Assembly: GCA_051530055.1 (NCBI GenBank)
Contig: CM121343.1
Span: 6,914,389-6,978,388, forward strand
Direction of reading: 5' to 3'
Length of the DNA stretch: 64,000 nt
DNA from: Neoechinorhynchus agilis
Taxonomy: Eukaryota; Animalia; Acanthocephala
Below the pieces are notes generated by a model. That model did no database searches. It had not been told where the DNA came from and saw nothing but the letters and a program-made list of their open reading frames with translations. Positions 59,541-64,000 of the stretch are shown here, piece by piece. Position numbers and translations under genes: made by a program. Numbering within the stretch: the stretch's first letter is position 1; every line of letters starts with the position of its first letter.

Positions 59541-61367
59541 ATGATAGAGCACCGAACACCTATAAGGTTTGGAGATAACAAACGAGATTATGATATTATG
59601 AAATGTTTAACGGCAGGCAAATATATGACTTTGCAAAAGAAATTAGAAGTCCTGCGACCGAAAATTAAGCGTCATTTACTTAGAGTAATCAATGATGACT
59701 TCGTTATTCACGATTATCCACAAATACAAATGAAAACCCGGTCCGATATATGGAAAGCGCTTTTCGTATATTGGTACGAAATGGAAGCGATATGTGTAGA
59801 TCGCAAACATTTTTATCGCCCATTGCAAGATCAGTTTAATCGTGAAGACCAAGAATGGATGAGAACCGTAATTGAGATAGTCAGTATTAGTGATATCAGT
59901 CGAAGTACAGTTGCGTTACCTTCGAACGATTCGTTGAAAACCTCATCTCAAGGAATTATCGGTTTAAATACTACTTCTAGAAGCATTGTGAATCCATACG
60001 TATCCACTTTGAATGATTCTCGAACGGATAATATACTTGAAGGAATGGTGGAGTTCGTCAATGAAGACAATTACGACATAAAGCATGAAATGATCATTGA
60101 TGCTTCACAATGGCGTGTTAAAGATTTTGAATTACTACAAGTTGATATTTGGGAAGTTATTCATTCAAGTGTGATGCTTAATAATATAGTACAATTAAAT
60201 AGGCGCTTTGCTACTAAGCGTAAAGCTCTAAAAGCACTGTTAAACCAATGTTTTTTTAAGGGTTTGAAACCATGCAAACTTAAACCGTTGATTTCTCCAG
60301 GAGGACGCAAACGACAGCGAGTACTCGAGAGATTACTGTATGAACTTGGTATAATTGTTGATGCAAGACCTTATCGGACTACGGATGTCTTGTTTTGGAT
60401 GAGATATCTATTGGATATGCTATATCACCGAACTAGTTCAAAGCACACTCCTATTCGCGAATGGGAAGAAATTGCAATTTCGCCGTATCTATTGAAAGCA
60501 ACTTTTAGCAATGATTTTCGCTATCATAAGCTCTTTCGTCCAATGCTATTAGATGAGCGAATTCATTATTCGACGCCAAATGTATCAAATAATTTACAAG
60601 AACCGATCATGTATCATGAAGGCGAACCGTATGTTTCACCAAATACTCTTGAACTTCGAGAATTCATAAGAGCAACCACGAACAATAGTCGTCTATGGAA
60701 AGTACTTGTTGGTGACCGACCGACTGGACGATTTAAGTATTACAAAAAACGCGACTGCAAAAATAGGTGGAAATATCAAAAGTTTTCGGACCACCAATTA
60801 AAAATTATTCAACGCGCTGATGCAGATCGAAAAAATGAAATACTAGAACATCCATATTACCTTAAATTTCCTGGATTGACATCATATCTTCTAGATTCGA
60901 TTTCAGAGGATGATCTACTGAAAGCGGTTGGAGAGTATGATACAAATTTTGTTAAGAGCTGGTACATGTTGCAGAGAATGGACAAGTTGTATTGTCCAAT
61001 ATTTAAACCTAAATGCCGTGAAAAAGCAATCATACCATCACTTTGCAATGAATATCAGTTCGACGGTACAATCTATCGCAAGGATGATCATCGGATGCAA
61101 AACGAAATGCGGCACGTGAATCCATTCAGCCAACTGAAATTGAAACCGATATGCCACCAAGCTCAAAAACGCATTTACATCCAACGCAATATCAAAACTA
61201 TTCGGCTGAGACGACATCTATTCAAGAAAATTCGTAATAAATCAAAGCCAAAAAAAAGAAGACAACTGAAAAATAAATGTAAACATCAGCCGATTTCAAA
61301 CACAAATTCCATTGTACCGGTGAAATTTTTAAAAGTAAAAAATATATACGTACGTATTATTATATAA
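59541..61367 (+). CDS. Unknown 608-aa protein, basic C-terminus
   Basis: 1.8-kb stop-free frame in AT-rich DNA; no motif recognised. Confidence 0.7.
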   Translation: MIEHRTPIRFGDNKRDYDIMKCLTAGKYMTLQKKLEVLRPKIKRHLLRVINDDFVIHDYPQIQMKTRSDIWKALFVYWYEMEAICVDRKHFYRPLQDQFNREDQEWMRTVIEIVSISDISRSTVALPSNDSLKTSSQGIIGLNTTSRSIVNPYVSTLNDSRTDNILEGMVEFVNEDNYDIKHEMIIDASQWRVKDFELLQVDIWEVIHSSVMLNNIVQLNRRFATKRKALKALLNQCFFKGLKPCKLKPLISPGGRKRQRVLERLLYELGIIVDARPYRTTDVLFWMRYLLDMLYHRTSSKHTPIREWEEIAISPYLLKATFSNDFRYHKLFRPMLLDERIHYSTPNVSNNLQEPIMYHEGEPYVSPNTLELREFIRATTNNSRLWKVLVGDRPTGRFKYYKKRDCKNRWKYQKFSDHQLKIIQRADADRKNEILEHPYYLKFPGLTSYLLDSISEDDLLKAVGEYDTNFVKSWYMLQRMDKLYCPIFKPKCREKAIIPSLCNEYQFDGTIYRKDDHRMQNEMRHVNPFSQLKLKPICHQAQKRIYIQRNIKTIRLRRHLFKKIRNKSKPKKRRQLKNKCKHQPISNTNSIVPVKFLKVKNIYVRIII

Positions 61368-61685
61368 AAATGTAATAATTGAAATTGTCGCTTTATTGAT
61401 TTTTTTTGAAAGTATAAATTATAACTTTGTTTACTTTTTGCATCTTTAAAACTTTGAACGGCCCTTAATTTTGGGTATTAAATTCTTGTACTCCTCTAAA
61501 CTTCAATTAAAAACATTAAATTTGCTCTATTTGATGTATCCGTAAAAACGTATCGTTTAGAAAACTAAGTATGATATTTTGACTTTTGGTGTTTTTGAAC
61601 TGGAACGTTTGTTTATAGATCGATACTGGTTAGAAGTTGAACATGGTTTGCGTCCGCTTTTTTGGTTAAAATTTAAACATATTAT

Positions 61686-64000
61686 TTGACAGAAAATCCC
61701 AAGAAAGGATATTTGAGAGTGGCGAGTAGATTAACAGATTTGCCAATCGGTAGTATGTATACTGATTTTATTGAATTTCATCCTGGATTCGAGGATTTGT
61801 TGATGTGTGTTGGTAGAAGACGTCAGTATTCCAAATTATCGTACAAATTCTTCGAACGCAATTTTAGCCACTGAATTGCACTTGCTTGTATCTCGATTGA
61901 GAGTATTTAATTTACAGTATGGATTCAGAGCAATAAAGCGGATATTTATTCCTTACAAAGTGACTTGTGCAAGGTTCAATCCAAGGCTTAGAAGTATCAT
62001 ATGTCTTGGATGTCATGACGGCAGATTACGATTTTATGATCTGAATTATTGTTACGGACTATATTATTTCGTGCTTTTTGATGTTTATCCTGTAGTCGTT
62101 GGTGGTTCGGTATTACAGGTTAGCATTCCGATCAAAATTATTTAAAGGAAGCTAATTTTGATTCGCTTGACCGTTGGGAAAACATGTTATTCTTTTTTAA
62201 TATCATCCATACACGATTGAAATATTTCCCCTATTGTTGTTTTCCAATTTATCTTAAAATCTTAATGAAGTTCTACAATTTTTAGTGGTCAAAAGCAAGC
62301 ATACATAATTTATAGTTTCTTCGACGCTCCTATTCATCGGCGCTTGCTTTTGGTTAAATAAAGCGTTTTAATTGAAAAAATTTTTAGTGGTAATAAGTTT
62401 CGCTTCAAAATTTTGATTTTTTACGTGTTGCAATTAATGCCAAATTTAATGAACTTATTTTTGTTTCAATGAACCCATAAATCAATAATACTGCCGAGAA
62501 GGATTAATAGTTTAAACCTGTTTTTACAGCACGGGTTTGTATTTATCAACTAATAAAAAGAAAGGAAATTCGGCTTTGCAACAGTGATTTTCATTAAACA
62601 ATCGCTTCTTCTTCAACAGTTTGAATGGAAGTTTGAAAGAACAAAAGGAATCGCAGACGAGTGCTATTGTCACGGAGATGGTAGGGATGTTATTTATTCG
62701 ATTGGTAGTGAGTACTGTGTTGCACGAACAACTATTTTCGAGGTTGTCATTATTATAAAGTCAATTACAAAAACTAGTTCTCTTTTAGCGAAGGCAATTA
62801 AAACAATTTGTTGAATTAAATCTGAGACGTCATACGAGAATTGATCATTCATTATTAGGAAGAGATCATATATGTTAGAAAAATAATTTTTTTAAAGTAT
62901 TAAACACACATTCTTAGGTTATTGTATCCGATTTGTCCTTCATTCGGATTACGAGTACGCGGTGGCTGCTATGTCCGGAGAAATATTCTTTGGTCATCGA
63001 TTGCTTTTCGACACCATTTTTCAAGTCTTGAATGTGTCCACCCCAGATACGCCTATCAACTTTTTTGATATCAATCGATTTGATCCCAATATTGTAGCCG
63101 TCATAACAGATCGTGATTGCCTGACATTGTGGGATCGAGCTTCCAAGTAAGGCTTTCAGATTTGCCGTATTTAAACTTAGATTTAATTGTTGAACGTTTT
63201 AACATTAGGCAAACGGTTTGTGAATTTCACTGCATTGGATTTTATTCAATCTTGCACCTATCGAAAATACACGCTTAATCTGTTCTTGGATTAGATTTCC
63301 TAGGAATTTATTTACTTATTTTCCGCAAACGTTCAACAGGGTTATTCATCACCTCAGATCTTAATGATTAAGACTCAGCAATTTAATATCCTAGCTTTAT
63401 TCTTCATTGGCGCTCTCGTTGCTTTTAGAGTTATTCATTAGCGAACCACTTTATTAAATAATTTTTCTTTAAGTTATGCAATCCATCGGATATGTCTTAA
63501 AATGAATGTAGTTTCTGATCTATGGTGGTCAACTCGTTGCTCAGCTCATTTGTATATAATAACGAATTATACGCTCATGTGTATTTTTGATTTTTCTCAA
63601 AATGCACTGAGTTACAACAGTAGTCGTAGAATAGAAGAAGGTTTTGTATTTCTTGGTCGAAAATTCGACCAGCAGTTTATCGCTGGTTGTGATGAAGAGT
63701 AAGTATCTAAAAATATTTAAAACATTTTTTAACGAGACATTTAGTTGCCGTGTGATTGTTTATTGCCATCCTATCAATTATTGTGAAGAAGGGCATATTT
63801 CTCAGCACTCTCTTTCTGGAATCGCTTTGTTAAGCACAACTGGAGCGCAACCACTCAAATTGTACAAATTTATCGATTATTTAAATGCTGGCGGTTAGTC
63901 GATTGCGTTGTTCAAAAGTCTCACTTTTCCATCGTTAAGGTGTGGTGTACAAATACGGACGGCATTTTGAAGTGCCCATCGAGTGCTATAACAGATTAAA
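61686..64000 (+). CDS. Probable multi-exon WD40/beta-propeller-like gene, incomplete
   Basis: Fragments ICLGCHDGRLRFYDL, DCLTLWDRASK, VVSDLWWSTRCSAHLYII separated by short GT-AG introns; exon chain not resolved. Confidence 0.3.

Overview
Animal (metazoan) genomic DNA, AT-rich, with very short GT-AG introns (45 and 65 nt measured in the galactokinase gene) and strongly diverged proteins. The species cannot be named from the sequence. 1-27 kb is a mosaic of near-identical segmental duplications. It carries two copies of a secreted Cys/Glu/Pro-repeat gene, a divergent Groucho/TLE gene, three copies of a divergent BAF-like gene and a PKA-C-like kinase. Decayed Ty3/gypsy, CRE-clade (RLE) and L2/CR1-type retroelements and Penelope-like remnants are interleaved with these genes. 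29-64 kb is mostly single-copy: ATP synthase d, ARHGAP32/33-like, GALK2-like, an Ig protein, a linker-histone-tail-like basic protein and several unassignable ORFs, plus a ~246-bp satellite, MITEs and an L2/CR1 LINE. The most unusual signal is at 27.45-28.22 kb, a 742-bp insertion flanked by a 12-bp direct repeat. It is built from a 381-nt tandem unit containing a tRNA-derived segment and all hammerhead-ribozyme core elements, but in a strand order matching none of types I/II/III, plus a 145-bp inversion. A second family of minimal Penelope-type hammerhead motifs occurs at 7.3, 23.4, 45.2 and 50.7 kb. All RNA folds and protein homologies were judged by eye; no activity or database search was available.
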